Origin: Eledone cirrhosa
Lineage: Eukaryota
DNA length: 64,000 nucleotides
Assembly (NCBI GenBank): GCA_964016885.1
Contig: OZ024745.1
Coordinates: forward strand, 28,086,001-28,150,000
Reading direction: 5' to 3'
Position numbers and translations under genes: made by a program. Of this stretch, positions 24,552 to 37,100 are shown piece after piece. Under the pieces are notes generated by a model. The model was not told the origin of the DNA. It saw only the letters and a list, made by a program, of their open reading frames with translations, and did not search any database. The first letter of the stretch is position 1, and each line of letters begins with the position of its first letter.

Positions 24552-25607
24552 ATCATATTCCATTACAAAAGATGCACAAAGATACAGTAATGGACTACAA
24601 ATTTCAGAAGTCCCATTTACTGCTGAAATGGAAAACACAGAAAAAGCAAAGCAGGTAAAAGTAACTGCAAAGAAAGAACTGCTACAGAAACTGGCTAAGA
24701 AATGGCAAGAAAAGCCTCTGTATGGAAAATACCCAGAGCGAGCTAACAATCCTGATGTTGACAAAACTTTAACCCATCAGTGGTTGGCATCCTCTGGACT
24801 GAAATCGGAGACTGAAGGACTGATTATATCGGCACAAGATCAGTGTCTGCCAACAAAAAATTACCAAGCCAACATAATAAAAAATGGGTGCAGCCCATTA
24901 TGCCGTGTATGCAAAAAACAACCAGAGACCATTGACCATATAATTTCAATGTGCAGTCCTATAGCTCCAACCGAATACCTATACAGGCATGACAGAGCTG
25001 CACAATACATACATTGGATAATGTGTAAGCATTTTGACCTGCCCCATCAAAAGAATTGGTGGGAGCATCAACCACCTCCCATACTTGAAAAAGATCACAT
25101 CTCAATCTTGTGGAACTTTAGCATCCAAACAGACCGAAAAATAGATGCAAATAGACCTGATATAATATTGAAGGACTTTCAAAGGAGGGTATGCCTGCTA
25201 ATTGATATGTCTGTTCCAATAGACAAGAATGTATCTATAAAAACATTTGAAAAATTGAGCAAGTATAAGGACCTGGAGATAGAAATTGGAAAAATGTGGA
25301 AATTGAGAACTAAAACAATACCAGTGGTTGTAGGCGCTCTGGGAATGATACCTAAGGGGTCTAACGACTACTTATCGCAAATCCCAGGAAACCCGCGTAT
25401 AGGAGAAATACAAAAGATAGTACTAATGGGAACTGCCCATATACTAAGGAACATCCTGTCAATATAAGTACATCACAAGTCTAAACACTAAGGATGCATG
25501 TGTGAATATGTATGTTCTTTCTTGAACATGGCGGACCTTGTTGTCTCTTGAGGTCACTGGTTGTGACTTGGTGATAACTCGTATAAACATAAAGCAAGAT
25601 AAATGCA

Positions 25608-25639
<32 letters not shown>

Positions 25640-25640
25640 T
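24552..25640 (+). mobile_element. R4/Dong-like retrotransposon family b, 5'-truncated (CCHC + RLE), ORF 24628-25467
   Basis: GLKSETEGLIISAQDQ, CRVC-x5-ETIDHIISMC, NRPDIILKD...LIDMSVP...EKLSKYKDL; distinct 3'UTR; (AAT)n tail from 25608. Confidence 0.88.
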
Positions 25641-26514
25641 AATAATAATAATAATAATGTTTTCTTTATTAACCACAAGGGTTTACATAAAGTAGACATT
25701 AAGGACAGTACAGGACAATACAGGACGGTACAAATGGGCATTTCTGCGTGTAAAAAAAACAGAGGATGAAATAAAATAACAATGAAAAATTCCCCAATAG
25801 GGGGGAGACTTCCGAGGGACATTTGTGGAGAAAGCCCATTAAAAGACCACAGTGGCCCTGACCACCAGGGCAAGTGCCCTCTCCCAGTTTTCCACCTTTA
25901 ATTTACAGACACATACTCAGAAAAGGCCCATTCATTCGGGCCATACTTGCTTCTCTCACCCATCTTTCAACAAAATGTTGGGAAGAGATCACTTCCCTCT
26001 CTACCCTGATTTTCCTTTTCAGATGAAATTTGAAAAAGTTAATCAGGGCATCACCGAAGAGGTAAGTGCTCGTCTTCAGCCCTTTCAAACGTGTCCACCA
26101 TACTATCTCTTTCGCCATGGCCACCAGACAGATAAAAACTGCCTGCCCTTCCCGACAAAAGGAAGAGGGCGGGGCAATCCTCACGATGGACTCAGCTGAT
26201 AGCTGGATCCGTCCTACACGTGACAGCAGGTGTTCGACATAAACCCACAAGTCAGCAATGCTCGGACACTGGACGAGTGCGTGCAGGACGGTTTCGTCGC
26301 CCTGTGCGCATCTCGGACATGCCCGGCTGACGGCACCTCCATGCCTGTAAAGTTTATCCCGAACTGGCAAAGCACCCCGGTAGCACTGCCAGGCCAGGGA
26401 TTTCTGGAAGTTGTCCATAGGCCCCGGCCCGAAAGTCCTTCCGAAGAGATTGGCTAGTTGATTTTCGTCGACGCCTAGAGTTTCTCCAAGTACGTCGTCG
26501 CTCTTCCCCTCCAC

Positions 26515-26516
<2 letters not shown>
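25641..26516 (-). mobile_element. Tx1 copy 5, 5'-truncated 3' fragment (B-like), ORF 25903-26514
   Basis: Matches ORF2 C-terminus and 3'UTR (ends SMCL like copies 1 and 4); (AAT)n on both sides; tail-to-tail with R4 family b. Confidence 0.92.
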
Positions 26517-26549
<33 letters not shown>

Positions 26550-26552
<3 letters not shown>

Positions 26553-29500
26553 CGAGATTGGTCTATTTAAATTAGATGAACAAAAATTGGCCGGGCAGGC
26601 TCAGGTAATAAGAACTAATGGGTGGATAAGCGAGCTGGAACTGGAGGAACTGAGCAGAGAGATTAGCTTGGAGATGGAGAGTGGAGTATGCCAGGCAAAC
26701 GAGCCAATGGGAAATGAAGGTGAATAGGTCGAGAGTACGGAGGAACCACCCGAAGCAGACAATGATCTGAATGCTGAGATAAATAACATCTGGAACAAAG
26801 ATACGGCCATTGAGGTAATGAATGCTGACGGGCTAGGACAAGATTTGGTTGATACCCTAAACTTAGTGGTAGATGAAATGAACAATGATAGTGGGAAACC
26901 TATGAATCTAAGATTTGTAGACAGGAAAAAGTTAAAAGAAACAACAGCTAAGGTAAAAAAAAGTCATCTCATACCTTGAGGCGAGGAGCCTTCACCAGTG
27001 CAACAATATCCTCAAAGCAACAGCAAATACGTTGAGGAAATTACTTGGTATAAAAGCGAGATGAAACACACAGACAAGAAAGAGCAGAGCCTTGGTGGAA
27101 GAAACGACTGAGTGGTCAAATCAGGGAAATGAGAAATGACATTGGAAAGCTTGAGTCCCTACTGAATGGGACACTAAAAAACATAGATACTAAAAATAGA
27201 CTGGAAATAAAGTACAAAACTAGGAGGAAAAAGCTAAATATTATCATAGAGGAACTGAAGCAACGCATTGTAGCAAAGGGTGCAAAAATCAGGCGATACG
27301 AGAACAGAGTCAGTCAGTATAGACAGAACCGCATGTTGGATAACAACCAGAATATGCTGTTTGGCCAGCTTGAAGGGAAAGAAAGAGGCAACGACTTGAT
27401 CCCTGAGGCGGAACAAACTAAAGCATTCTGGAGAGGAATATGGGAGCAGGATGTTAAACATAATGACCAGGCAGTGTGGATTGAGACAGTACAGAAGGAG
27501 ATTAGTGAACAGGCACACCAACAAACTGATTTGAGTATCACAGTTGAAACTCTTAAAGGGCAGGCCAAAAAATTAACCAACTGGAAATCACCAGGACCAG
27601 ATGGTGTGCAGGGGTATTGGATTAAAAATATAACATCCCTCCACCCGAAACTGACAACCATGTTCAATGACTGCTTGATGTCAGGTGAGGTACCAGAGTG
27701 GTTGACAAAAGGTACCACAGTTCTGATAATGAAAGACCGAATCAAGGGTAATGATGTTACCAACTATAGACCTATCACATGTCTGTCCGTAATGTGGAAA
27801 CTGTTGACAAGCATTATGTCTGAGGAAATCTACCATCACCTCCACACAAACAACTTGTTACCGGACGAACAGAAAGGATGCCGAAAGAAGTCAAGTGGTA
27901 CAAAGTACCAGTTACTCATTGATAAGATGGTAATGAGGAATTGCAAGGGGAGACACACTGGTCTTGCCATGGCATGGATAGACTACAAAAAGGCATTTGA
28001 CATTGTACCTCATTCTTGGATCACCAAAAGCCTGGAGATCTTCATGGTGGCAGATAACATCAAACAGTTGTTGGGCAAAAGTATGAAGTCCTGGGAAACA
28101 GAGTTAACATCAACTGGAGAATCCTTGGGAAGCGTGAAGATCAAGAGAGGTATCTTCCAGGGAGATAGTCTGTCCCCTCTGTTGTTTGTCCTTGCCCTGA
28201 TGCCCCTGACCAGTGTACTGCGAAAAGTGAGAGCAGGATACAGGTTTGGAAAGGGAGGGCTTACCATCAATCACCTCCTCTTCATGGACGATCTTAAGCT
28301 CTTCGGGAAGAGTGAGAAGGAGTTGGATGTGCTTGTTGACACTGTCCGTATTTTCAGCAATGATATATGTATGCAATTTGGTATTAGTAAGTGTGGAGTC
28401 ATTGTGATGAAGAGGGGTAAGCTGAGCAGAAGTAACGGAATCCAGGTACCAACAGGTGAGATGATAAAGGAAATTGACTCTGAAGAAGGATACAAGTATT
28501 TGGGCGTTCTGGAGGCTGATGACATCAAGAACAAAAAAATGAAGGAATTGATAAGAACTGAATACATTCGGAGAGTAAGGAGCGTATTAAAGTCACATCT
28601 GAACAGTAGGAATGCCATAAGTGCAGTAAATTCCCGAGCTGTGTCTATTATTAGGTACAGTGCGGGAATTCTGAGATGGAATGTTGCTGAACAAAAAGAA
28701 ATGGATAGGAAGACTAGGAAGCTATTGACTATCTACAACATGTTCCACAAGAGGAGTGATGTCAATAGACTCTACTTAAGGAGATCTGAAGGTGGAAGAG
28801 GTCTTATCAGTATAGAGGACTGGGTTCAGATGGAGAAAAACAACCTACACAAATACGTGACTGATAGTAAGGAGCCAATGCTCAGAACTGTACTGAAGGA
28901 GGGGACAATAGGCCAGGGGATGTCCAAGGAGGAAATAACATCAAGGAGAAAGAGCAGCCTTCAGAAAAAATCCCTTCATAGTACCTTCTTTGAGAAAACT
29001 GAATTTAGAGATCCACAGACATGGAACTGGTTGAAAAGAGGAGACCTTAAAAAGGCTACAGAAGTAATGTTAATGGCTGCGCAGGAGCAGGCCCTAAAAA
29101 CGAAGTGGTTGAAACACCATATTTACAAGGAGGAGGCTTACCCACTGTGCAGGATCTGTGGAGAGAGTGAGGAGACTGTGGCTCACATTGTATCCGAGTG
29201 TAAACTCCTAGCCCAGACTCACTATAAGGGCTGGAGACATGGTGTGATGGGCAGGGTGATCCACTGGCACCTATGCAAAGTAAACAATTTACCACATTCT
29301 GAGAAGTGGTATGAGCATAAGCCAGAAGCGGTGATAGAAAACGATCAGGTGAAGGTGCTGTGGGATTTTAGGATACAGACGGACAAGAAACTGGAACACA
29401 ATAGACCTGACCTGGTGGTTGTGGACAAACAAAAAAGATCGTGCCTGATTGTGGATGTGGCCTGCCCATTCGACACGAGAGTGCAAGAGAAGGAGAGGGA

Positions 29501-29806
29501 GAAAATTAACCGATACCAGGACTTAAAGTGGGAGGTAAAAAGGATTTGGAACTGCCATGAAGTCAAAGTGATCCCGATTGTCATAGGCGCACTAGGGACT
29601 ATCTCAAAAAGTTTCCAGGGATGGTTAAAGAAAATTGGCCCCTTCACGCTTTTTGGAACGCTTCAAAAGGCATGCTTGCTGGGAACAGCAAGAACCCTCC
29701 GATACGTCCTGAATATCTGAGGCTGCAGGTAGTGGCTTGATATTCATTTCAACAAACTTTCCAGTTAACTAACATCAATGACTGAGACTCAAAGAGTAAT
29801 AACAAC

Positions 29807-29840
<34 letters not shown>
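26550..29840 (+). mobile_element. R4/Dong-like retrotransposon family a, 5'-truncated long copy
   Basis: Begins after (AAT)n 26515-26549, ends in (AAT)n 29798-29840. Confidence 0.92.
27129..29720 (+). CDS. R4-clade RT-CCHC-RLE protein, open C-terminal 863 aa (N-terminus disrupted)
   Basis: WKSPGPDG, YRPITCL, DYKKAFD, GIFQGDSLSP, LFMDD, EGGRGL, CRICGESEETVAHIVSEC, RPD...D...EK. Confidence 0.92.
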   Translation: MRNDIGKLESLLNGTLKNIDTKNRLEIKYKTRRKKLNIIIEELKQRIVAKGAKIRRYENRVSQYRQNRMLDNNQNMLFGQLEGKERGNDLIPEAEQTKAFWRGIWEQDVKHNDQAVWIETVQKEISEQAHQQTDLSITVETLKGQAKKLTNWKSPGPDGVQGYWIKNITSLHPKLTTMFNDCLMSGEVPEWLTKGTTVLIMKDRIKGNDVTNYRPITCLSVMWKLLTSIMSEEIYHHLHTNNLLPDEQKGCRKKSSGTKYQLLIDKMVMRNCKGRHTGLAMAWIDYKKAFDIVPHSWITKSLEIFMVADNIKQLLGKSMKSWETELTSTGESLGSVKIKRGIFQGDSLSPLLFVLALMPLTSVLRKVRAGYRFGKGGLTINHLLFMDDLKLFGKSEKELDVLVDTVRIFSNDICMQFGISKCGVIVMKRGKLSRSNGIQVPTGEMIKEIDSEEGYKYLGVLEADDIKNKKMKELIRTEYIRRVRSVLKSHLNSRNAISAVNSRAVSIIRYSAGILRWNVAEQKEMDRKTRKLLTIYNMFHKRSDVNRLYLRRSEGGRGLISIEDWVQMEKNNLHKYVTDSKEPMLRTVLKEGTIGQGMSKEEITSRRKSSLQKKSLHSTFFEKTEFRDPQTWNWLKRGDLKKATEVMLMAAQEQALKTKWLKHHIYKEEAYPLCRICGESEETVAHIVSECKLLAQTHYKGWRHGVMGRVIHWHLCKVNNLPHSEKWYEHKPEAVIENDQVKVLWDFRIQTDKKLEHNRPDLVVVDKQKRSCLIVDVACPFDTRVQEKEREKINRYQDLKWEVKRIWNCHEVKVIPIVIGALGTISKSFQGWLKKIGPFTLFGTLQKACLLGTARTLRYVLNI

Positions 29841-29843
<3 letters not shown>

Positions 29844-30446
29844 GATACGTACATGGTGGATAGTGTGTTATGGAATCGCTCCCATAAGTTTTTGATTTTT
29901 TACATATTTAAAACAATTGTGATAGAATAATTTTTATTACAAATGGAACATAAGATACCAGTCTTTTTCTCTCAGGAAGTGACAACGCATCACATTATGG
30001 CATAGGGCTCCAATATTTAATATTTAATTTTGTATCAGAAATTTTATAGTCAAAAAAGAAAATGGTTACAAACAACAGCCAAATAATTTCACCACCAACA
30101 CCACCACCGCCGCCGCCACCATCACCACTACCACAAACAAAATACAAACCAACGGCTGCAGCAACACCATCACTATAGTACTACTATCCCATCACCACCG
30201 CCACCACTGCATCGTCGCTACCGCCACTATTCCCCCACTACCTCCTGTTAAGAGAGGGATAGTAGTAGTGTCACTACACATGAATAGAAGCGAGGAAGGC
30301 ATCAAAAGATATAAATAGACTGATTTAGTGACCCGGTCAAACAGCTAACAACAACAACACCAAAATAATTATTGTTGTTGTATCTCTAAACTCTCTCAAA
30401 ATGTTTAGTTTAAACGATGTCAAATCTAAACTATAATATAATAATA

Positions 30447-30540
30447 ATTGTTTCTACTTTAGGCACAAGGCCAGCAATTACCCAATACATTACTGGTACT
30501 TTATTTTATCGACCCCGCAAGGATGAAAGGCAAAGTTAAT
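30447..30540 (-). mobile_element. 5'-truncated SINE (3' half) between (AAT)n tracts
   Basis: Same segment as 11956-12043, followed by (AAT)n to ~30592. Confidence 0.8.
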
Positions 30541-30541
30541 A

Positions 30542-30593
<52 letters not shown>

Positions 30594-30999
30594 CAACAAG
30601 TCGAAAGATTATAGAACAGAAAACAGACAAAAACAAATCCAACAACAATAACAAATTTCAAAACTTTTGAACGCAACAACCCCTACTTCCCACGTAGCTA
30701 AAATCAAAAACAGCAGCAGCAGCAACAACAACACTAGTAACCGATGTTACTGGCCTTGAAAAACGAAAAGCGTAAAAGAAAAAGAAAAAAAAAAAAAACT
30801 AAATCAGACATTCAAACATTACAATGAAACTTTGATTATTTTTTTAAGTTTTCATCTATTTATTTGTTTATTTATTTATGTTCGTCTACAGCGTGATGGT
30901 GCCACGCTAAAATCACTGGGGGTGATGAAATCACTAGAGATGATTAAATCACCGGTGGTTATGTAACTATACATTCACCAATCCTCGATATGAGTGTTT

Positions 31000-33887
31000 A
31001 AATATCGAACGTAAACAGTTCGAATAACGGTGAAGAGGAGACTGGAACGTCATGTGACAGACTCTCACCCAGCAAGTACCCCCTGGTCCAGCAGCAGGGA
31101 CCTGGCTGCCATCCAAATACTGCTGGTGTTGGAGGAAGAAGAAGAAGGAAAGGGACAAGAACCAACTGTACGAAAGAATTGAATAGAACTGTCATGGAAT
31201 GTTACCTGAAGAGTAACCCCAAGGAAAAGGGCTATAGGAAACGGATGCATAACATCTGGAACGAGATTGGTCTATTTAAATTAGATGAACAAAAATTGGC
31301 CGGGCAGGCTCGGGTAATAAGAACTAATGGGTGGATAAGCAAGCTGGAACTGGAGGAACTGAGCAGAGAGATTAGCTTGGAGATGGAAAGTGGAGTATGC
31401 CAGGCAAACGAGCCAGTGGGAAATGAAGGTGAAGAGGTTGAGAGAACGGAGGTAGCATCCGAAGCAGACAATGATCTGAATGCTGAAATAAATAACATCT
31501 GGAACAAAGATACGGCCATTGAGGAAATGAATGCTGACGGGCTAGGACAAGATTTGGTTGATACCCTAAACTTAGTGGTAGATGAAATGAACAATGATAG
31601 TGGGAAACCTATGAATCTAAGATTTGTAGACAGGAAAAAGTTAAAAGAAACAACAGCTAAGGTAAAAAAAAGTCATCCCATACCGTGAGGCGAGGAACCT
31701 TCACCAATGCAACAATATCCTCAAAGCAACAGCAAATGCGGTGAGGAAATTACTTGGCATAAAAACGAGAGGAAACAACAAACAAAAAAGATCAGAACCT
31801 TGGTAGAAGAAACGACTGAATGGTCAAATCAAGGAAATGAGAAATGACATTGGAAAGCTTGAGTCCCTACTGAATGGGACACTAAAAAACATAGATACTA
31901 AAAATAGACTGGAAATAAAGTACAAAACTAGGAGGAAAAAGCTAAATATCATCATAGAGGAACTGAAGCAACGCATTGTAGCAAAGAGTGCAACGATTAG
32001 GCGGTATGAGAACAGAGTCAATCAGTATAGACAGAACCGCATGTTTGACAACAACTAGAAGATGTTGTTTGGACAGCTTGAAGGGAAAGAAAGAGGCAAC
32101 GACTTGATCCCTGAGGCGGAACAGACTAAGACATTCTGGAGAGGAATATGGGAGCAGGATGTTGAACATAATGATCAGGCAGTGTGGATTGAGACAGTAC
32201 AAAAGGAGATTAGTGAACAAGCACACCAACAAACTGATTTGAGTATCACAGTTGAAACTCTTAAGGGGCAGGCCAAAATACTAACCAACTGGAAATCACT
32301 AGGCCCAGATGGTGTGGAGGGGTATTGGATCAAAAATATAACATCTCTCCACCCGAAACTGACAACCTTGTTCAATGACTGCTTGATGTCGGGTGAGGTA
32401 CCAGAGTGGTTGACAAAAGGTACCACAGTTCTGGTAATGAAAGACCGAATCAATGGTAATGATGTTACCAACTATAGACCTATCACATGTTTGTCCGTAA
32501 TGTGGAAACTGTTAACAAGCATTGTGTCTGAGGAAATCTACCATCACCTCCACATAAACAACTTGTTACCGGACGAACAGAAAGGATGCCGAAAGAAGTC
32601 CCATGGTACAAAAGACCAGTTACTTATTGATAAGATGGTAATGAGGAATTGTAAGAGGAGATACACTGGTCTTGCAATGGGATGGATAGATTACTAAAAG
32701 GCATTCGACATTGTACCTCATTCTTGGATAACCAAAAGCCTAGAGATCTTCAACGTGGCAGATAACATCAGACAGTTGTTGAGCAAAAGTATGAAGTCCT
32801 GGGAAACAGAGTTAACATCGGGTGGAGAATCCTTGGGAGGCGTGAAGATCAAGAGAAGTATCTTCCAGGGAGATAGTCTGTCCCCTCGGTTGTTTGTCCT
32901 TGCCCTGATGCCCCTGACCATTATACTGCGAAAAGTGAGAGCAGGATACAAGTTGGGAAAGGGAGAGCTTACCATCAATCACCTCCTCTTCATGGATGAT
33001 CTTAAGCTCTTCGGGAAGAGTGAGAAGGAGTTGGATGTGCTTGTTGACACTGTCCGTATTTTCAGCAATGATATATGTATGTAATTTGGTATTAGTAAGT
33101 GTGGAGTCATTGTGATGAAAAGGGGTAAATTGAGCAGAAGCAAGGGAATCCAGGTACCAACAGGTGAGATGATAAAGGAAATTGACACTGAAGAAGGATA
33201 CAAGTATTCGGGTGTTCTGGAGGCTGATGACATCAAGAACAAAAAAATGAAGGAATTGATAAGATCTGAATACATTCGGAGAGTAAAGAGCGTATTAAAG
33301 TCACATCTGAACAGTAGGAATGCCATAAGTGCAGTAAATTCCCGAGCTGTGTCTATTATTAGGTACAGTGCGGGAATTCTGAGATGGAATGTTGCTGAAC
33401 AAAAAGAAATGGATAGGAAGACTAGGAAGCTATTGACTATCTACAACATGTTCCACAAGAGGAGTGATGTCAATAGACTCTACTTAAGGAGATCTGAAGG
33501 TGGAAGAGGTCTTATCAGTATAGAGGACTGGATTCAGATGGAGAAAAACAACCTACACAAATACGTGGCTGATAGTAAGGAGCCAATGCTCAGAATTTTA
33601 CTGAAGGAGAGGACAATAGACCAGGGGATGTCCAAGGAGGAAATAACAACAAGGAGAAAGAGCAGCCTTCATGAAAAATCCCTTCATGGTACCTTCTTTG
33701 AGAAAACTGAATTCAGAGATCCACAGACATGGAACTGGTTGAAAAGAGGAGACCTTAAAAAGGCTACAGAAGGAATGCTAATGGCTGCGCAAGAGCAGGC
33801 CTTCAAAACGAAGTGGTTGAAACACCATATTTATAAGGAGGAGGCTGTGCAGGATCTGTGGAAAGAGAGAGGAGACTGTGGCTCACA
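31000..33887 (+). pseudogene. R4/Dong-like family a copy with N-terminus, multiple stops, 3'-truncated in the CCHC by (TA)n
   Basis: N-terminal ELNRTVMECYLKSNPKEKGYRKRMHNIW motif; ORF pieces 31179-33887 align with 26550-29190; 5' boundary approximate. Confidence 0.88.
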
Positions 33888-33921
33888 TATATATATATAT
33901 ATATTTGTGTTTGTGTGTGTG

Positions 33922-33975
<54 letters not shown>

Positions 33976-34173
33976 CATATATATCATGGTGTGTGTATAG
34001 ATATTGATTATACGAATTTTCACCTAACATTATTCGAATAATTGGATGTGTAAGGAATTAAAAATGATTTAAAAGCTTATTTTTCCATCTATATCTTTGA
34101 TTATATTTGTTCTGTGTTTATGTCTGCCTTTTCAACTCTCTCTCCCTAAAAGAATCTACTTTCTCTTCAAACC

Positions 34174-34630
34174 AATATTATACTAGACCTCAAAAATGCG
34201 CAAGCTCAAAAGAGCCACAGAATGTGTAAACCTTCAAAAGTGTGGGACTAGAGTTGTTGCTCAAAAATATTGTAATCATTATCTATCGTACACTCTGTGG
34301 CGTCCTTTTATAAAAAAGAGATTCATAACGAACTCAAGACGACACGATAATTATTTAAGCTAATGTTCAATATCTCATATTAGATGTTTAGTAATGATTA
34401 ATACGAAATGCACTTAAACCGAATTCTATATTATAAATTCAATTAAATAATTATCGTGTCGTCTTGAGTTCGTTATGAGTCTCTTTTTTATAAAAGGATG
34501 CCACAGAGTGTACGATAGATAATGATTATAATATTTTTGAGCAACAACTCTAGTCCCACACTTTTGAAGGTTTATTATAACATTCTGTGGCTCTTTTGAG
34601 CTTGCGCATTTTCAGGTCTAGTTTAATATT
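34174..34630. mobile_element. Foldback/MITE-like element, ~185-bp inverted arms, ~84-bp spacer
   Basis: 34174-34358 is the near-perfect reverse complement of 34443-34630. Confidence 0.8.
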
Positions 34631-35661
34631 TTTTTAAGGCAACGCTTGTAATAACTCTAGTTAAACATGATATATATTAATAATAAATTATCGTTGTAAT
34701 GTAATTAGATTATATAATTGTTATTTTATAAATGATCTTATAAATATTATTGTAAGATGTATAAAAATATGTTCAGTCTTTTAATATAAACAACTACAAA
34801 AAACAATCAATATTAAATAAATATATTTTACATAATCGTTATAGTTGAATTAATAAAAATTAAATATTACATACAAATAGTCGAACATAATAATAATAAA
34901 AAATAATCTAACAGAATAATAATAAAATAATCTAAGATAAAACGAACAATAATATGGACAAATATACAAGTAAATATGATACAACCAATATTATAAGCAT
35001 GTTATAACGAACTGAAAAAAAAATAGTTAATATAAATTTAAAAAATCATATATAAATTAACAATATAACTTACCAAAACGAGAAAAATATTTTGATGATA
35101 AACGACGAAATACAGGAGGAAGATTCGAAAGCGAAACGATAAATAAACGTGCACACAAAATAGTGGGTGCTTTTTGAGCCACAATTACTCTCGTTGGTTG
35201 ATTAGCCAATAAGACGATGAAATTAGTCAATAAGACGATACATTACAAAACATGTTTGGTAACGATCATCACCACGGCCAGCGACACCCCTTGAATTTTT
35301 TTATTCACAAGCTACGTATATATGTCAGACACGCAGACTTAAAACATTCTGCGTGTCTAAGAGATTACACATTGAGCTAATTCTGAAAATATAATTCTCT
35401 ACATACATTTGCGCTTTATATATATAATTTTACCATTGTTATATATGTCGTGGTCCAAGGTCATCTAAATCCAACCCTATAGGGGAGGTGGGCATGACTC
35501 ATGCAATCTCTATATTACCGAAATTATGGAGATAATCAAGAGAGGAGCATGAGTTATCAATAAAAGAAGTAACCTGTTCAGCACCTGCTACCACAGGTCA
35601 ACTGGAACCTTCCTCAGATTATACAAATTAGCAACGTAGTTGTACTGGCTATGGTCTAGTA

Positions 35662-36031
35662 CAGGGGTGTACAACAGGCGGCCCGCGGGCCACAATCCGG
35701 CCCGCCAGACCAGTCAGAGTGGCCCGCAATGACCGTTTATAATGTTTACCTTGTAAACTTATTTAGAATTTTTTCGTAACCGTAATACAATTTTCTGTTA
35801 GTTGACCTATACGAAAGGGCTTCACTGATAGGGTTACGTGTGTTATAATTTCCCAGTTCTCCTATACTAAAGAGCTTCACTGATAGGGTTATGTGTGTTA
35901 TAATTTCCCAGTTCCATGTTATGGAAAGAAGTTGTGGTGAATATTTGGAATAGTGCTTAAATATTAATGGCCCTAATAGTTGTTCCAATGTTCAAAAATG
36001 GCACGCCAATGAAATATGGTACACGCCCCTG
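35662..36031. mobile_element. Non-autonomous hAT (Charlie-like) element
   Basis: Termini CAGGGG...CCCCTG, subterminal GGCCCGC motifs, perfect 8-bp TSD GTCTAGTA (35654-35661 and 36032-36039); internal ~40-bp direct repeat. Confidence 0.9.
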
Positions 36032-36372
36032 GTCTAGTACAAAGCTTGACCATGGGAGCCGGGCATGGCCGCACACCAACCTCAACCTCGGGCGAATCCT
36101 GGATAGCCTGTGAGGCGCCCGCCCCGAATCACACTACCACCACTCTGTTATACACGTATAGGATTGTATACTCGCGACATGAGGGTCCGTGTTTTATATC
36201 CCTTTATATCCCTTTGTTCTTTGCTCCTTGTTCTCCGTATATTATACCTGCATTTGTATTTATGTATGTTTTTTTGTTCCTATGTTCGCTACCTACAACT
36301 TGTATGCTCAGTCTAGCAGTCCCTTTTTATCCGGGCGTTGTTGTTACCGTTGTTATTATTAATACCAATGTA

Positions 36373-37100
36373 AGGGAGGTGGACTGGCAGTATCGGTAGA
36401 GGGTCGGACGCCATGCTTTGCAGCATAGAGTTACGGCCCTTTATGATATGAGATCAAATCCTGTCGAGGTTAACTTTGCCTTTCATCCTTACGGGGTCGA
36501 TAAAATAAAGTACCAGTAATGCACTGGGTTCAATTTAATCGACTTCTCCCTCCCCCAAAATATGCTGGCCTTGTGCCTATATAAGAAACCATTATTAATA
36601 CCAGTGTAGTTACGACTGACTACTATTGTTGTTACTAATTATTATTATGCATGTAACGGTAGAGGGTCGGACGCTATGCTTTGACGCATAGAGTTACAGC
36701 CCTTGCCATTCTGAGTTCGAATCCCGCCGAGGTCAACTTTGCCTTTCATCTTTATGGGTAGATAAAATAAAATACCAGTAATGCACTAGGTATTTGCTGG
36801 CCTTGCGCCAAAAAGTAGAAACAATTATTATGCACTGGGATTATTGATGGTTTTGTGCCAAAGGGTGGAAACGATTATTATTATTAGTAGTAAAGTAGAA
36901 ACAATTATTATTATTAGTGGATTGGCAGTATCGGAAGAGTGTCGGACATGCTTTACAGCATAGTTATGTCCCTTTACGATCTGAGTACAAATCCCGCCGA
37001 GGTTAACTTTGCCTTTCATCCTTACGGGGTCGATAAAATAAAGTACCAGGATTGTACTGGGTAATTGCTGGCCTTGTGCCAAAAGTTGAAACAATTATTA
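36373..37100 (+). mobile_element. Head-to-tail SINE cluster (three near-full copies plus two 3' fragments)
   Basis: Copies ~36373-36596, 36657-36829, 36916-37100, fragments 36830-36915, each ending in (ATT)n; TSD ATTATTAATACCA(A/G)TGTA 36355/36591. Confidence 0.85.

Noticed and set aside
36373-37100. CRISPR-like repeat/spacer pattern
   Set aside because: Eukaryotic SINE cluster; no constant short repeat with unique spacers and no cas genes.
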